Positions 1-10,656 are shown, counted from the first letter of the stretch. The stretch is 64,000 bases of DNA from Endomicrobiales bacterium (GCA_963796955.1 CAWCNJ010000008.1:480001-544000); one strand, 5' to 3'. A program made the numbers and translations. The notes: generated from the sequence alone by a model not told the origin.

Positions 1-600
1 ATGCCGCCAAGCTCCGGTACCGTGATCATCAACGGCATGGACATAGCCGTCGACCCGATCAAAGTAAAAAAATTCATCGGTTACCTGCCGGAAAACCCGC
101 CCCTGTATTACGACATGAAAGTGGACGAGTATCTGACCTACGTCGCGCAGCTGAAGGGCGTCGATCCGGATATGATCCCTTCGCGCCTTACCTGGGTAAA
201 AGAAAAATGCGGTCTTATGGACCGTTCAAAAAAACTTATCAGCACGCTTTCCAAGGGTTTCAAACAGCGCGTGGGCATCGCCCAGAGCCTGATAAACGAT
301 CCAGAAGTGCTTATTCTGGACGAGCCGACCATCGGCCTTGACCCGCGGCAGATCAGCGAGATACGCAATCTGATAAAATCGCTTTCCGGCGAGCGCACGG
401 TGATCCTCAGCACGCACATACTCTCCGAAGTAACGCTTATCTGCGACGATATCCTGCTGATCAATAAAGGAAAGATCATGTTCGGCGACACGCTTGCCAA
501 TATCGGGCAAAAGGCAGACCTTGAACAACTGTTCATGAAATACACCTACGATTTTGTGGAGCCCGCCGCCGAACCTTTTGAGGAACCATTGAATGGATAA
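1..600 (+). CDS. ABC transporter ATP-binding protein, GldA-like (5' truncated by window edge)
   Basis: GYLPENPPLY, signature LSKGFKQR, Walker B LILDEPT, H-loop STH; Walker A lies upstream of the window. Confidence 0.9.
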   Translation: MPPSSGTVIINGMDIAVDPIKVKKFIGYLPENPPLYYDMKVDEYLTYVAQLKGVDPDMIPSRLTWVKEKCGLMDRSKKLISTLSKGFKQRVGIAQSLINDPEVLILDEPTIGLDPRQISEIRNLIKSLSGERTVILSTHILSEVTLICDDILLINKGKIMFGDTLANIGQKADLEQLFMKYTYDFVEPAAEPFEEPLNG

Positions 601-1372
601 GATCTGGATAATCGCGAGTAAAGAACTCAGGGGGAATTTTGTATCACCCATAGGCTACATCGTGCTCTCGCTGTTCTCCGTGCTGGCGGGCTGGTTCTTT
701 TTCAACCACGTCAACAGCTTTAATTCACTGGTCACCTATTACCAGATGTCACGGCAGCCCGACGTGCTCAATCAGATAAACCTTAACCGCTTTGTGATCG
801 TGCCGCTTTTCCAGGAATTGCTGATGCTGCTGAGCATCTTCCTGCCTGCGATAACGATGCGCCTTATCGCCGAAGAAAAAAAGCAGAAGACCCTGGAACT
901 CTTATTTACCTCACCTATCCAGACGTATGAGATCATACTCGGCAAGTACCTCTCGGTGCTGATGTTCTTCGCGATCATGCTCGCCCTTACCCTTATCTAT
1001 CCTCTGATACTGATAATTTACGGCAGCCCCGGACCTGAACTGATACCTATTGCCATCGGCTACATCGGGCTGTTCCTGGTGGGCGGCTGCATACTCAGCA
1101 TCGGGGTGTTCGCCTCCTCCATTACCGAGAACCAGATCGTCGCCTTTGTGCTCTCCATCTCTATCGCCATGCTGTTCTATATCATCAGCCTGCCGGCCGC
1201 TAACGTCGGCGGGGTGTTCGGCGACATCATGAGCTTCTTAAGCCTGAAGGACCAGTTCAACGGCATGGCCAACGCCTTTATCGATTCGCGCGCCCTGCTG
1301 TATTATATTTCATTTATATTCGTATGGCTGTTCCTGTCGCACCGGGTCATTGAGGGGTTGAGGGTTCGATGA
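593..1372 (+). CDS. ABC-2 type permease, GldF-like
   Basis: Multi-TM; TMRLIAEEKKQKTLELLFTSP and ILGKY motifs. Confidence 0.9.
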   Translation: MDKIWIIASKELRGNFVSPIGYIVLSLFSVLAGWFFFNHVNSFNSLVTYYQMSRQPDVLNQINLNRFVIVPLFQELLMLLSIFLPAITMRLIAEEKKQKTLELLFTSPIQTYEIILGKYLSVLMFFAIMLALTLIYPLILIIYGSPGPELIPIAIGYIGLFLVGGCILSIGVFASSITENQIVAFVLSISIAMLFYIISLPAANVGGVFGDIMSFLSLKDQFNGMANAFIDSRALLYYISFIFVWLFLSHRVIEGLRVR

Positions 1373-2943
1373 ATAATAAAAAATACTACTATATTGCCGG
1401 CATCAGCGGCGCGATCTGCCTGTTGTTCTCCATCAGCTATTTCCTGATCAAACGGGAGATATCGCCGTATGTGCTTATCAACCTTGTCGCCGGCATCGGC
1501 CTGATATCCTACTTCCTGTATTACAATATCAAAGATGTTGAAAAGCTCTTCGTCAATCCTTTGAAAAAGGAGAAACACACGGTCGTCTATCAAACCGCGC
1601 TGGTCCTGCTGGTCGTGATAGTGGTGAACCTGCTTTCAAGCCTGTTCTATTTCGGGAAAGATCTTACGCGCGACCGGGCATCCAGCATATCCGATGAATC
1701 GCAGAAGGTGATACAGTACATCAAAGAGCCGCTTGTGATACAGGTCTTTTCGACGCAAGACAAGAATGAGTTCGAAAAGTACCTGTTGGAAAGCTATAAT
1801 TTCTACAATAAAAATATCACCTTTAAATTCGTCGACCCCGAAAAGAACCCCCAGCTGGCACAGGACTTCGGTATTACCAAGAACGGCCAGGCGGCTATAA
1901 CCTACAAAGACGGCCATTTCGTCATAGGTTCCGTTACCGAACAGGACATCACGAACGGCATAATCCGCATGACCCAGCCGGTCAAGAACAAGGTCTATTT
2001 CATGACCAGCCACGGCGAACACCCTCTAGACGATCTAACGTCGAACCAGGGCTATGGGCTGGTGGCGCGTGAGATGATAATGGAAAATTATGCCGTCTCC
2101 ATGCTGAAGCTTGAGCCGCCAAACTATTATATTCCAGGCAATTGCACGATACTGGTGGTAGGCGGGCCGCGCAAAGCGTATACCGAGATGGAGATACATG
2201 CGATCAAGGAATATTTAGATGCCGGCGGCCGGGCCGTTTTCATGCTGGACCCGAATGTTACGACCGGGCTTGAAAGCCTTTTGCTGGAACGCAATATAAA
2301 ACTGGAAAACAACGTTATGATCGACGTTGCTTTCCCGTCCCTGGTAGAGCGCATGATCGCGCAGGCCAACGGCCGCAGAGCTGCCCCTAAACTGCTCTTG
2401 CAGACCATGGTAAAAGATTTTCCTGAAAATGAAATTACCAAAGTGCTCAAGGACAAATCGCTGATTTTCCCGGTCACGCGCAGTATCTCCCTGGCGGACG
2501 AAAGAAAATTCGCGTTCGACCTTAAGGTGCAGCCGCTCGCCAGGACCACCGACAAGGGCTGGGGGGAAACCAATCTTGACGCGGTGTTCGGTCACGGAGC
2601 AATCCGGGGAATGATAAAAGAGCGCCAGGGTCCCAGAACGGTTGCCATGCTGGCAGTAAAAGGTCCGGCGGAATCCAGCAACAAACTGGTGGTTATCGGC
2701 GACTCCGATTTTGTCAACAACGAATTCGTTCATCAGCTGTATAACCGTGATTTTTTCATGAACTGCCTGAGCTATCTCAGCAACCAGGCTAATATGATAT
2801 CGGTACGCCCCCGGCATATGTTCGCCTCAAGGCTTGATTATGACCCTAACACCATGAGCCGAATATTTACTATTTCAGTCCTGGTATTCCCTCAATTGCT
2901 TCTCATGGCGGGCCTTTCTATCTGGTGGCTTAGGAAACAATAG
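1369..2943 (+). CDS. GldG-like ABC transporter auxiliary component
   Basis: N-terminal TMs, DLT motif, VDPEKNP, HGE, GG-x-LDP, VIGDSDF, C-terminal TM. Confidence 0.85.
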   Translation: MNNKKYYYIAGISGAICLLFSISYFLIKREISPYVLINLVAGIGLISYFLYYNIKDVEKLFVNPLKKEKHTVVYQTALVLLVVIVVNLLSSLFYFGKDLTRDRASSISDESQKVIQYIKEPLVIQVFSTQDKNEFEKYLLESYNFYNKNITFKFVDPEKNPQLAQDFGITKNGQAAITYKDGHFVIGSVTEQDITNGIIRMTQPVKNKVYFMTSHGEHPLDDLTSNQGYGLVAREMIMENYAVSMLKLEPPNYYIPGNCTILVVGGPRKAYTEMEIHAIKEYLDAGGRAVFMLDPNVTTGLESLLLERNIKLENNVMIDVAFPSLVERMIAQANGRRAAPKLLLQTMVKDFPENEITKVLKDKSLIFPVTRSISLADERKFAFDLKVQPLARTTDKGWGETNLDAVFGHGAIRGMIKERQGPRTVAMLAVKGPAESSNKLVVIGDSDFVNNEFVHQLYNRDFFMNCLSYLSNQANMISVRPRHMFASRLDYDPNTMSRIFTISVLVFPQLLLMAGLSIWWLRKQ

Positions 2944-2956
2944 GGATAACGCCTCC

Positions 2957-4249
2957 ATGAGCAAAAACACGCGCCTCTTCCTTTACCTGCTGCTGATACT
3001 TCTTCCGATCTATATCGTTTCCTATCTGGTGATCTCAAGCCGTCGTGACTTGGCTGGCAAACTCCTGAAGATAAAAAGCGCGAACATAACCGCCATAGAA
3101 GTCACGAACGCTGCCGGCAGGTCATCTCTTAAAAAGCAGGGTACAGGCTTCGTTTTCACGGAACCCTTCAGCGGGATAGCCGCCGACGATGACAGCACAA
3201 AGAAATTCTTCAACCTATTCTCAAAGCTGACGGTTAAACGAGACCTCGGCGTCTATGATGAAAACGGCGCCCGGACTTTCGGGATAACCGCTTCGTCGCC
3301 GAAGGTACAGATCAGCGAGGGCGATAAGAAAACCGTATTCATTCTCGGCCGCCGCAGCACTGTGGAGCCGCAAAGTTACATCTATAACCCGGAAACAAAA
3401 AAACTGCTGTTGACTGAAAACATCGCCGAGGTGCTCGGTAATGTAAAACCCGAGGATTTCCGCGAACGCCGGCTGTTCAACTTCGAAGCACCGGACATAA
3501 AGTCCGTCGATGTCCAGCTTAACGGCGGCCGCCGGATGCTCTTTAACAAAGAAGGCGCTGACTGGTACGTGAGCGATATGAGAACGGGACGCAGGTATCT
3601 TTGCGACGGCGATAGCGCCGCGTATTTTGCCGCTCTGGTGGCAAAGACCTCCATCATAGATTTCACGCCGCTCGATCACCCCGTTGCAAAGAACACGGCC
3701 GGCCTTAATTCACCGCGCGCGACCCTTGCGATCACCACAAGCTCTGCGCCGGTGCACCGGCTGGAGATAGGCAACACCTACGACAAAGACCGGCTCTACA
3801 CTGCACTCGATGGCGCGCCTTCGGGCGGCATACCCTCCCAATTCCTTCTGCAATTATCTACGCCAACGGCATCCTACTTCAGGACCACTCTGGCTGATTT
3901 TATGCCGGGCCGCATAGCACGGTTCACCAGCGCCGGGGGCGATGTGCCGGTCATCTATGAAAAGAACCGCGGCAGGTGGTACCGCACGGCGAAGAAAAAG
4001 CGCCCCTTCGAAGATGAAAAAATAGAACTTTTCATGAATGTTCTTTTCAATCTGAAAATAGGTACTTTCATTTTCGACGAGCCGCTCGGCACTGTTGAAA
4101 AAGAATATACTTTTTATGACCGCGACGGTAAAACACTGATGAACCTGCAGATCGGCGGCAAGTCCGGAGAATATAGAAAAGTTCAATTCAAGGATAAACA
4201 CGGTGTTTTCGGCATCGACCGTGCGCAAATAGAAGCATTGGATCTGTAA
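2957..4249 (+). CDS. DUF4340-like repeat periplasmic protein
   Basis: N-terminal anchor, repeated beta-rich units (DFRERRLF); usual position after GldG. Confidence 0.7.
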   Translation: MSKNTRLFLYLLLILLPIYIVSYLVISSRRDLAGKLLKIKSANITAIEVTNAAGRSSLKKQGTGFVFTEPFSGIAADDDSTKKFFNLFSKLTVKRDLGVYDENGARTFGITASSPKVQISEGDKKTVFILGRRSTVEPQSYIYNPETKKLLLTENIAEVLGNVKPEDFRERRLFNFEAPDIKSVDVQLNGGRRMLFNKEGADWYVSDMRTGRRYLCDGDSAAYFAALVAKTSIIDFTPLDHPVAKNTAGLNSPRATLAITTSSAPVHRLEIGNTYDKDRLYTALDGAPSGGIPSQFLLQLSTPTASYFRTTLADFMPGRIARFTSAGGDVPVIYEKNRGRWYRTAKKKRPFEDEKIELFMNVLFNLKIGTFIFDEPLGTVEKEYTFYDRDGKTLMNLQIGGKSGEYRKVQFKDKHGVFGIDRAQIEALDL

Positions 4250-4267
4250 CTCGGAGGATAATTAATT

Positions 4268-5005
4268 ATGCTTAAGGTAGACAGGGTTACTAGAAAATAC
4301 GGGAATTTTACGGCGGTGGACCGGGCGAGCTTCGAACTGAACACCGGGGAGATCGTCGGCTTTCTGGGGCCCAACGGTTCGGGAAAAACAACTCTTTTAC
4401 GCGTTATCACCACATACCTGCTGCCGACCGACGGCACGGTCACTATCGACGGCATCGACGTTACCAAAGATTCCCTTGAAGTGCGCCGCCGCATCGGCTA
4501 CCTGCCGGAAAGCAATATCCTTTACCCGCAAATGAGGGTGGACGAATACCTGCATTTTGTCGGCAAAGTCCGCGGTCTGGAAGATGCGAAACTTAAAGAA
4601 CGTTTTGAGTGGTGCGTTGAAGCAATGAAACTCCAGGAAGTGGTTTACAAAAAGAACATGGAATGCTCCAAAGGCTATAAGCAACGCATCTCCCTTGCGG
4701 CGGCACTTATTCACGATCCGCAATACCTTATACTGGACGAACCGACCGTGGGCCTTGACCCGCTGCAGATATTCATGATGCGCGACCTGCTGCGCGGGAT
4801 AGCCAAAGATAAGACGATCCTGTTCAGCTCGCATATCCTGCAGGAGGTTGCGGCTATCGCCCCGCGGGTAATAATAATCCACGACAGCAAACTCATAGCG
4901 GATTTTTCCTTCGACAGCGAGACCAACCGCACTGAAAAGCTGGAACAGATATTCGAGTCAGCTATTAAAGAGAAAGCCGTGTCAGCCCCGGAGGTTGTCC
5001 AATGA
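4268..5005 (+). CDS. ABC transporter ATP-binding protein, GldA-like (second copy)
   Basis: Walker A GPNGSGKT, CSKGYKQR signature, LILDEPT, SSH. Confidence 0.92.
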   Translation: MLKVDRVTRKYGNFTAVDRASFELNTGEIVGFLGPNGSGKTTLLRVITTYLLPTDGTVTIDGIDVTKDSLEVRRRIGYLPESNILYPQMRVDEYLHFVGKVRGLEDAKLKERFEWCVEAMKLQEVVYKKNMECSKGYKQRISLAAALIHDPQYLILDEPTVGLDPLQIFMMRDLLRGIAKDKTILFSSHILQEVAAIAPRVIIIHDSKLIADFSFDSETNRTEKLEQIFESAIKEKAVSAPEVVQ

Positions 5006-5733
5006 AAACAGGCTACGTTATATTCCAGCGGGAATTGCAGGCATACTTTAACTCATCTATCGCCTATATTTTCGCGATCGTCTTTTTGCTGCTTACCTGC
5101 GGGATATTCATGAACGATTTTTTCCTGGTATCGGTCGCCGATATGGAAGCCTATTTCGCGCCGTTGCCGTACCTTATGATCCTGTTCATCCCTGCCATCG
5201 CGATGCGCCTGTGGGCGGAAGAGCGCAAGGATAACACCTACGAACTGCTGGCCACTCTGCCGATAAAACGCATCGAGCTTATTCTCGGAAAATATTTCGC
5301 GTCCTTCGTATTCTTTCTTATCACTATCGCCGGCACGCTGCCCATGGTCGTTATGCTCTACGTGCTTGGCTCACCCGACGGCGGAAAAATATTCGCGAGC
5401 TATCTGGGAGTTATATCTTTAGGCGCCCTGTATCTGGCAATAAGCTGTTTTCTCTCCAGCATATCCCGCGACCAGATAGTGGCATATCTAATAAGTGTTC
5501 TGGCGCTGAGCCTGTATTACGTCAGCGGCAATGAAATGGTCGCGAGCGTACTGGACGGCCTTTGGCCTTCTGCCCAGATCGGCAGCTTCCTGAGAGATTC
5601 ATTTTCAGCCGTCCCGCACTACGAATCTTTTACCAGAGGGATAGTGGATTTCCAAAGTTTGTTCTACTTTATTTCCATAATAGTTCTGGCTCTTGCCATG
5701 AATAACCTTATATTGAAACGGGACAGATACTAA
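5002..5733 (+). CDS. ABC-2 type permease, GldF-like (second copy)
   Basis: AMRLWAEERK...ELLATLP...ILGKY; multi-TM. Confidence 0.9.
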   Translation: MKTGYVIFQRELQAYFNSSIAYIFAIVFLLLTCGIFMNDFFLVSVADMEAYFAPLPYLMILFIPAIAMRLWAEERKDNTYELLATLPIKRIELILGKYFASFVFFLITIAGTLPMVVMLYVLGSPDGGKIFASYLGVISLGALYLAISCFLSSISRDQIVAYLISVLALSLYYVSGNEMVASVLDGLWPSAQIGSFLRDSFSAVPHYESFTRGIVDFQSLFYFISIIVLALAMNNLILKRDRY

Positions 5734-8700
5734 GTGAAAAGCAGATCATACTACAATTTCATCATTGCCGGTTTAGTGCTGCTCTCTTTGTGCGTAGGGC
5801 TGCTGTTGAACTTTGCCATAAGAAAAAGGGAAACCCTGCGCATTGACCTCGGCAAAGGTTCTATAACGTCGTTAAGCCCTAAGACCAGACAGGTGCTTGC
5901 TAAGCTGCCTGAACCCGTAAAGGTGACCTATTACGTGACAGAGCGCAGGCGTATGCCGACTGCGATGCGCAATGTGGGCGCCGATGTACAAGCCCTGCTG
6001 CGCGAGCTGAAAAGAGCCGGAGGGAAAAACTTCACCTACGAAGTGGTTTATCCCAGAAGATAACCCGCAGGTCGCCCGCACGCTGGGGCGCTTTCATATC
6101 TCATCGTTCCAATTCAAAACTATTTTAAAAGACGAATACAGCGTCAACACCGTCTGGTCCGGCATTCTTATAGAATATAAAGGCCAATCAAGAAGCATCC
6201 CCTATATCACCGGGGAACATCTGCATTTTGTCGAAGACAGCATTATTACGCACATCCACCAGATAGAGACCGGCTACAAACCCTTTATGGCCGTTTACGG
6301 CGACCCGAGCGCCAGCTATAACGATGTCTACAAAACCATAACCGGCTTTAACTTCGGCGAAGTAAAACCGTTTAACTTTGGCAAAGGTGGTGGTCTCCCG
6401 CAGGATGCGGACATGGCCTTCATCTTCCAGCCTGATAACCTTTCAAAAGAAGATGTGGAATCCATCAAAACATTTATACGGGACGGTAAAGACGTTATAA
6501 TCACGTTCTCACCATTCCTGATGAACCCTGCACCGGGTCGGTATCATTACGAAGTAAAGCCGCGGTCCGCAGGCGTGCTGGAAGACTACCTTAACGACAT
6601 CGGCATACGATTCGACGATAAAATAGTGATAGAACAAAAAGAATTCAAGAACAAACCGTTCATGCCCACCATCCTCAGCTTCCAGGTAAATTTCGAGGGG
6701 ATGAAGTTGCAGCGGGGCGGCACGCTTTTTTACCCGTACACGGTGCCGATTATTTCCGATAAACTTAAACTGAGAAAGAACGGCTACGCCAGCGAAGCCC
6801 TTATTTACAGTTCCAAGGACTCCTGGGCAGTGCCGTTCTCTCCGGACAAAGACACGTTTTTTGATGACGCTGCATTCAACACTAAACCTTCTAACAGTTC
6901 CGATGTGCAAACATTAGCCGCGGTGATAACCAGCGACAAAGCCTGGGAGGGAAGGCTGTTCCTTTACAGCAGCGGTTACTTTTTCAGCGACCAGGTCAGC
7001 GCACTGGGAGCCAACCAGCTCTACCTGAAGAACCTGCTGTTGACCTACGCCCAGCCGGAGGTAATGAACTCCATCCACGCAAGCTCTGAAAAACTGCCGA
7101 CCATCGCACCCCAGCCGGCCGCAGTCCGCCTTCTGTGGCGTATGCTGGCGATGTTCCTTATTCCGCTCGTATGGCTGGCGCTGCTGCTGTTAAAAATGGC
7201 CCAACATCAATTTGGCGGCAGCTCACTGAAAAATGCCGATCTGCGTTTGTCCGGCCAGATAGCCGCATGGGTGTTGGCGCTTATGATGGTGCTTGCCCTC
7301 TCCCGCCACGCCGGCAACGCCACGGTGGACCTTACCCGCGGCCGCACCAACAGCCTGAGCTCCCTGACCATCAGCTGGCTGGCGGAACACGTTACAGAGC
7401 CCGTGACAGTCCGCTACTTTACATCACCCGCCGCCGACATGCCGCTTGAAGTGCGCGCGATGGTTGGCGAAGTGGAAGCCAAGCTCCAGGCTATCGCCCG
7501 AAGCTCCGGCGGAAAATTCACCGTCGCCGAAGAGACCGTCAGCGATGACAGCGGCGCGGCGCAAAAAGAACGGCTGAAAAAATACGGTATTAAGCCCTTT
7601 AAGATGAAAGTTATCTCCAACGACCGCTATATAGAAAAAATGGTATATTCAGGGCTGGTATTCGAAAAGGCAGACGGCAAATTTGAAGCTGAACCGGTGC
7701 TTACCAAGAACAACGTATCACGCCTTGAATTTGTGGTGGTCTCCTCCCTGAAAAGGCTGATAGAGCAGAAACGCCCAAGTATCGCCTTTGTGGGAGACCT
7801 GCCGCATTATTCGGCCGGCGAGTTCTGGGAGCTGCAGCAGATAGAGATGCAGACCCAGCCAAAATCCGAGGATGTTTACGGCCGCTGCATAGACCTTCTG
7901 CGCAACGAAGGCTACACCGTCAACGTCTACGATTCAAAATCCAACAACCTGACTTTTAATGAAGATATGCTTATTTATCTTCAGCCATGGGTGATATCTG
8001 ATGTGATGAAAAAAGAGTTCAACCGTTTCCTGGGCGAGGGAAAAAGTGTCATCCTTGCCTGCCAGCATTATTTCATGCAGGCCCGCAAATACGCCGGCCG
8101 CGGATATTCGATGGTCTATTGGCCGCAGCCGCAATTCTCGCGTGTCAACGAACTGCTTTCACCCTACGGCATAGAACTGGTTCTTGAGGTATTTTTCGAC
8201 CACAGCACCGCCCCCATTGAAACCAATGAACAGATCCGTTTCGGCACCTATAAGCGCAAAGATAAACGGGCCCCCGACGCCCAGCCCTTCATCATCCGCG
8301 CAGTACCGGCGAACTACGACCATCAATCATCTATCACCTCCAGTCTTTCCGACATTCTTTTTATCTGGGGCAGCCGCCTGAAGATGCTGAAAGACACCTT
8401 CCCCGCAACGCTCCAGTGGCGCACCCTTATCGCTTCCACGGAAGACTGCTGGGCGCTGGATTGGCACGGCGGCTTTTTATCCGAACAGATATTGCAGGGG
8501 GGAGAATATTTCGACAAACGCCAGCCGCTATGCGTAATGATAGAGGGCATGTTCCCGGCGCTGTATAAGAACGCGCCCCCAACCGCCCCCGGAAAGCTTC
8601 TTATCGCCGGCTCATCAAAAATATTCGACAACAACCAGATAGACACCACGAGATACGACAACGAACGCTTCATTCTGAACTCAGTCGCCGAACTAACCTA

Positions 8701-8878
8701 CGGCAAGGACCTTGCCAAGATCCAGGCCAGCGGCGCCGAAGAATCCAAAGGCTTCGGCTACGTAGAACCCTACCAAAAACTCCTCTGGAGAGCCTTCATC
8801 CTGGGCCTCGTCCCATTCCTACTACTGCTCTACGGCCTGCGCCGCACCAAAAAGCGCCGCTCAAAAAATATGCTATAA
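5734..8878 (+). CDS. Large tandem GldG-like protein (~1047 aa), split by a one-base frameshift near 6052
   Basis: Removing one C from TATCCCAGAAGA joins ORF 5734-6063 to ORF 6287-8878 via open YPEDNPQVARTLGRF...GYKPFMAVYG; two GldG-like units. Confidence 0.75.
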
Positions 8879-8910
8879 TTCCATGATAAGCATCATAGGG
8901 GAACACCGCA

Positions 8911-9207
8911 ATGGGCACAAAAATTAGAAACAGTGCGAAATGGAAGATCGCAAAGAGAATGTCTTCCTATTTGAAAAGAACCTACAATGTCAGATCAGTA
9001 AGGGTGTTTGGAAGCCTTGCGAATGACAACATTGGCTTGTTTTCCGATATAGACATAGCCGTTGACGGCCTTAAGGATAGATATTTCTACAAAGCCTACG
9101 CCCATATATCAGAATTAGCCGGAGACATTCCCGTTGACCTCGTAGACATAAAAGATTGCGAATCAAAACTAAGAATCTCCATAGAGAAAACAGGCGTGGA
9201 AATATAA
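8911..9207 (+). CDS. Minimal nucleotidyltransferase (MNT) antitoxin
   Basis: FGS...SDIDIAV...VDLVD motifs, 98 aa, followed by HEPN-like gene. Confidence 0.88.
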   Translation: MGTKIRNSAKWKIAKRMSSYLKRTYNVRSVRVFGSLANDNIGLFSDIDIAVDGLKDRYFYKAYAHISELAGDIPVDLVDIKDCESKLRISIEKTGVEI

Positions 9208-9208
9208 C

Positions 9209-9575
9209 GTGCTTAATAATGAAATTATCGCAACTAAAATAGAAACCGAGCTGGAGAATATTAAAAGACTTCAGCAGAACATATTCACACATATCCCAGG
9301 CAACGTTGACAAGAAGATACCACTGGGAGTAGGCTGGCACAAATCCCTGGTTGAACAGATGCAGCGCTCCCGTTAAAAATTTACGCAGTGCTGTTATATC
9401 GAAACAAACAAAAAGTTCCTTAGACGAATACAGAGCCTTCCGCCATGTGGTACGAAATGTATATGCCTTCAATCTTAACCCCGCAAAAATTAAACCGCTG
9501 GTAGCGAATCTAACTAATATCACAAAAATGCTTGAAAAAAACCTAAAGAAAATAAGACTATATATAACCGAATAA
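9209..9575 (+). pseudogene. HEPN/HepT-like ribonuclease toxin, frameshifted and apparently internally deleted
   Basis: GTG 9209 gives ...VDKKIPLGVGWHKSLVEQM then a shift at ~9362 into SAPVKNLRSAVIS...YRAFRHVVRNVY. Confidence 0.75.
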
Positions 9576-9630
9576 GCACAAAGGACTCGATAGTGACCTG
9601 GGGTGAGCTTACCGTTTAAAAACCAATATC

Positions 9631-9664
9631 AAGGCCACACCGTCACCCGACGGGGTGGCCTTTT
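9631..9664 (+). terminator. Intrinsic terminator-like hairpin
   Basis: AAGGCCAC-A-CCGTC/ACCC/GACGG-G-GTGGCCTT followed by T residues. Confidence 0.65.
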
Positions 9665-9748
9665 GGAATAAAAAGTGGACATAAGATACATTTAGTCTCA
9701 ATAATGTTTATGAGAATCGATTGTTGAGGCACTTACGGAGGTAGTTTA

Positions 9749-10228
9749 ATGAAGAAATTGTTGGACAGCATTAAGGGTGTTACTCTTCAGGATATTACGA
9801 ATATGATACTCATTGCAGGTGTGTTTGTTGCACTTTGGCAACTTAAATATTCAACGACCATCGATTCAGCGAGACTGATGATTGATTTTAATAATCAGCT
9901 TAGAAATTGCGAACATAATTACTGCAAAATACTGAATGCAATAGACAATGATCTGCCATTGTTGAAACCAAAAGGTGAATTTAACGATATTGATATAGAC
10001 AACTTTTTGGTTGAATGGGAGCTTCTTAATCAGCTGAGAGAAAAAAGACTGATTTCAGATGATATGTCTTATGATGCGTTTTCTTATGAAGTTGAAAGAA
10101 CTTGGCGTAATAAAGAGATCCAGAATTATATCGCTCAGAACCGCCAAAAAGACAAGGATCCTAGTCTTTATGTGGGTGTTCAAGAGTTAGCTCAATATTA
10201 TTCCAAGTTTGATAAAATTGGAAAATAA
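9749..10228 (+). CDS. Hypothetical low-GC protein with N-terminal TM (DUF4760-like)
   Basis: GGAGG SD, TM ILIAGVFVALWQL, helical acidic body; family is tentative. Confidence 0.6.
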   Translation: MKKLLDSIKGVTLQDITNMILIAGVFVALWQLKYSTTIDSARLMIDFNNQLRNCEHNYCKILNAIDNDLPLLKPKGEFNDIDIDNFLVEWELLNQLREKRLISDDMSYDAFSYEVERTWRNKEIQNYIAQNRQKDKDPSLYVGVQELAQYYSKFDKIGK

Positions 10229-10404
10229 TTGGGATATGGGTGATGAGTCAACTCGACAACTTGGTTGCCGATGGAAACGATGAAAGATCAAGACAATATC
10301 TATATTCTGTCAAATTTAATAAGACGTATTCGATGAGCTCTTAACAATTTCGCATTCGACATTAACCAGCTAACTGTATTACAATATATCACAGGAGGTG
10401 GATT

Positions 10405-10599
10405 ATGAGAAACGTGGTGTCTATCAGTCTGCCGGATGTATTGGTTAAGGAACTTAAAACGGAAAGTAAACTGGAACAAACCAGCGTCAGTGATGTGGTA
10501 AGAAAATCCGTCAAAAACTATCTTTTTAAGGCTAAGTTTGACCGTGTACGCAAACGGGCGCAAATGCAATTGGCCAAAAACGGTGTCAGCTTTAAATAA
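10405..10599 (+). CDS. CopG/ribbon-helix-helix antitoxin, probably 3'-truncated
   Basis: MRNVVSISLP...SVSDVVRKSV RHH pattern; AGGAGG SD. Confidence 0.75.
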   Translation: MRNVVSISLPDVLVKELKTESKLEQTSVSDVVRKSVKNYLFKAKFDRVRKRAQMQLAKNGVSFK

Positions 10600-10620
10600 T
10601 CGTCACAAGGCGACAAAGAC
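10596..10620 (+). pseudogene. Possible remnant of a PIN-domain toxin
   Basis: ATA ATC GTC ACA (A) GGC GAC AAA GAC = IIVT-GDKD, resembling the PIN IVTGDKDLL motif. Confidence 0.4.
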
Positions 10621-10656
10621 TACAACCCCCAAAAGCTGACCCCAATCTACCGGTAC

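Noticed and set aside
6049..6063. Programmed +1 frameshift at CCC-AGA-AGA-TAA
   Set aside because: Could be shift-prone, but four similar one-base breaks in unrelated genes make assembly error the simpler explanation
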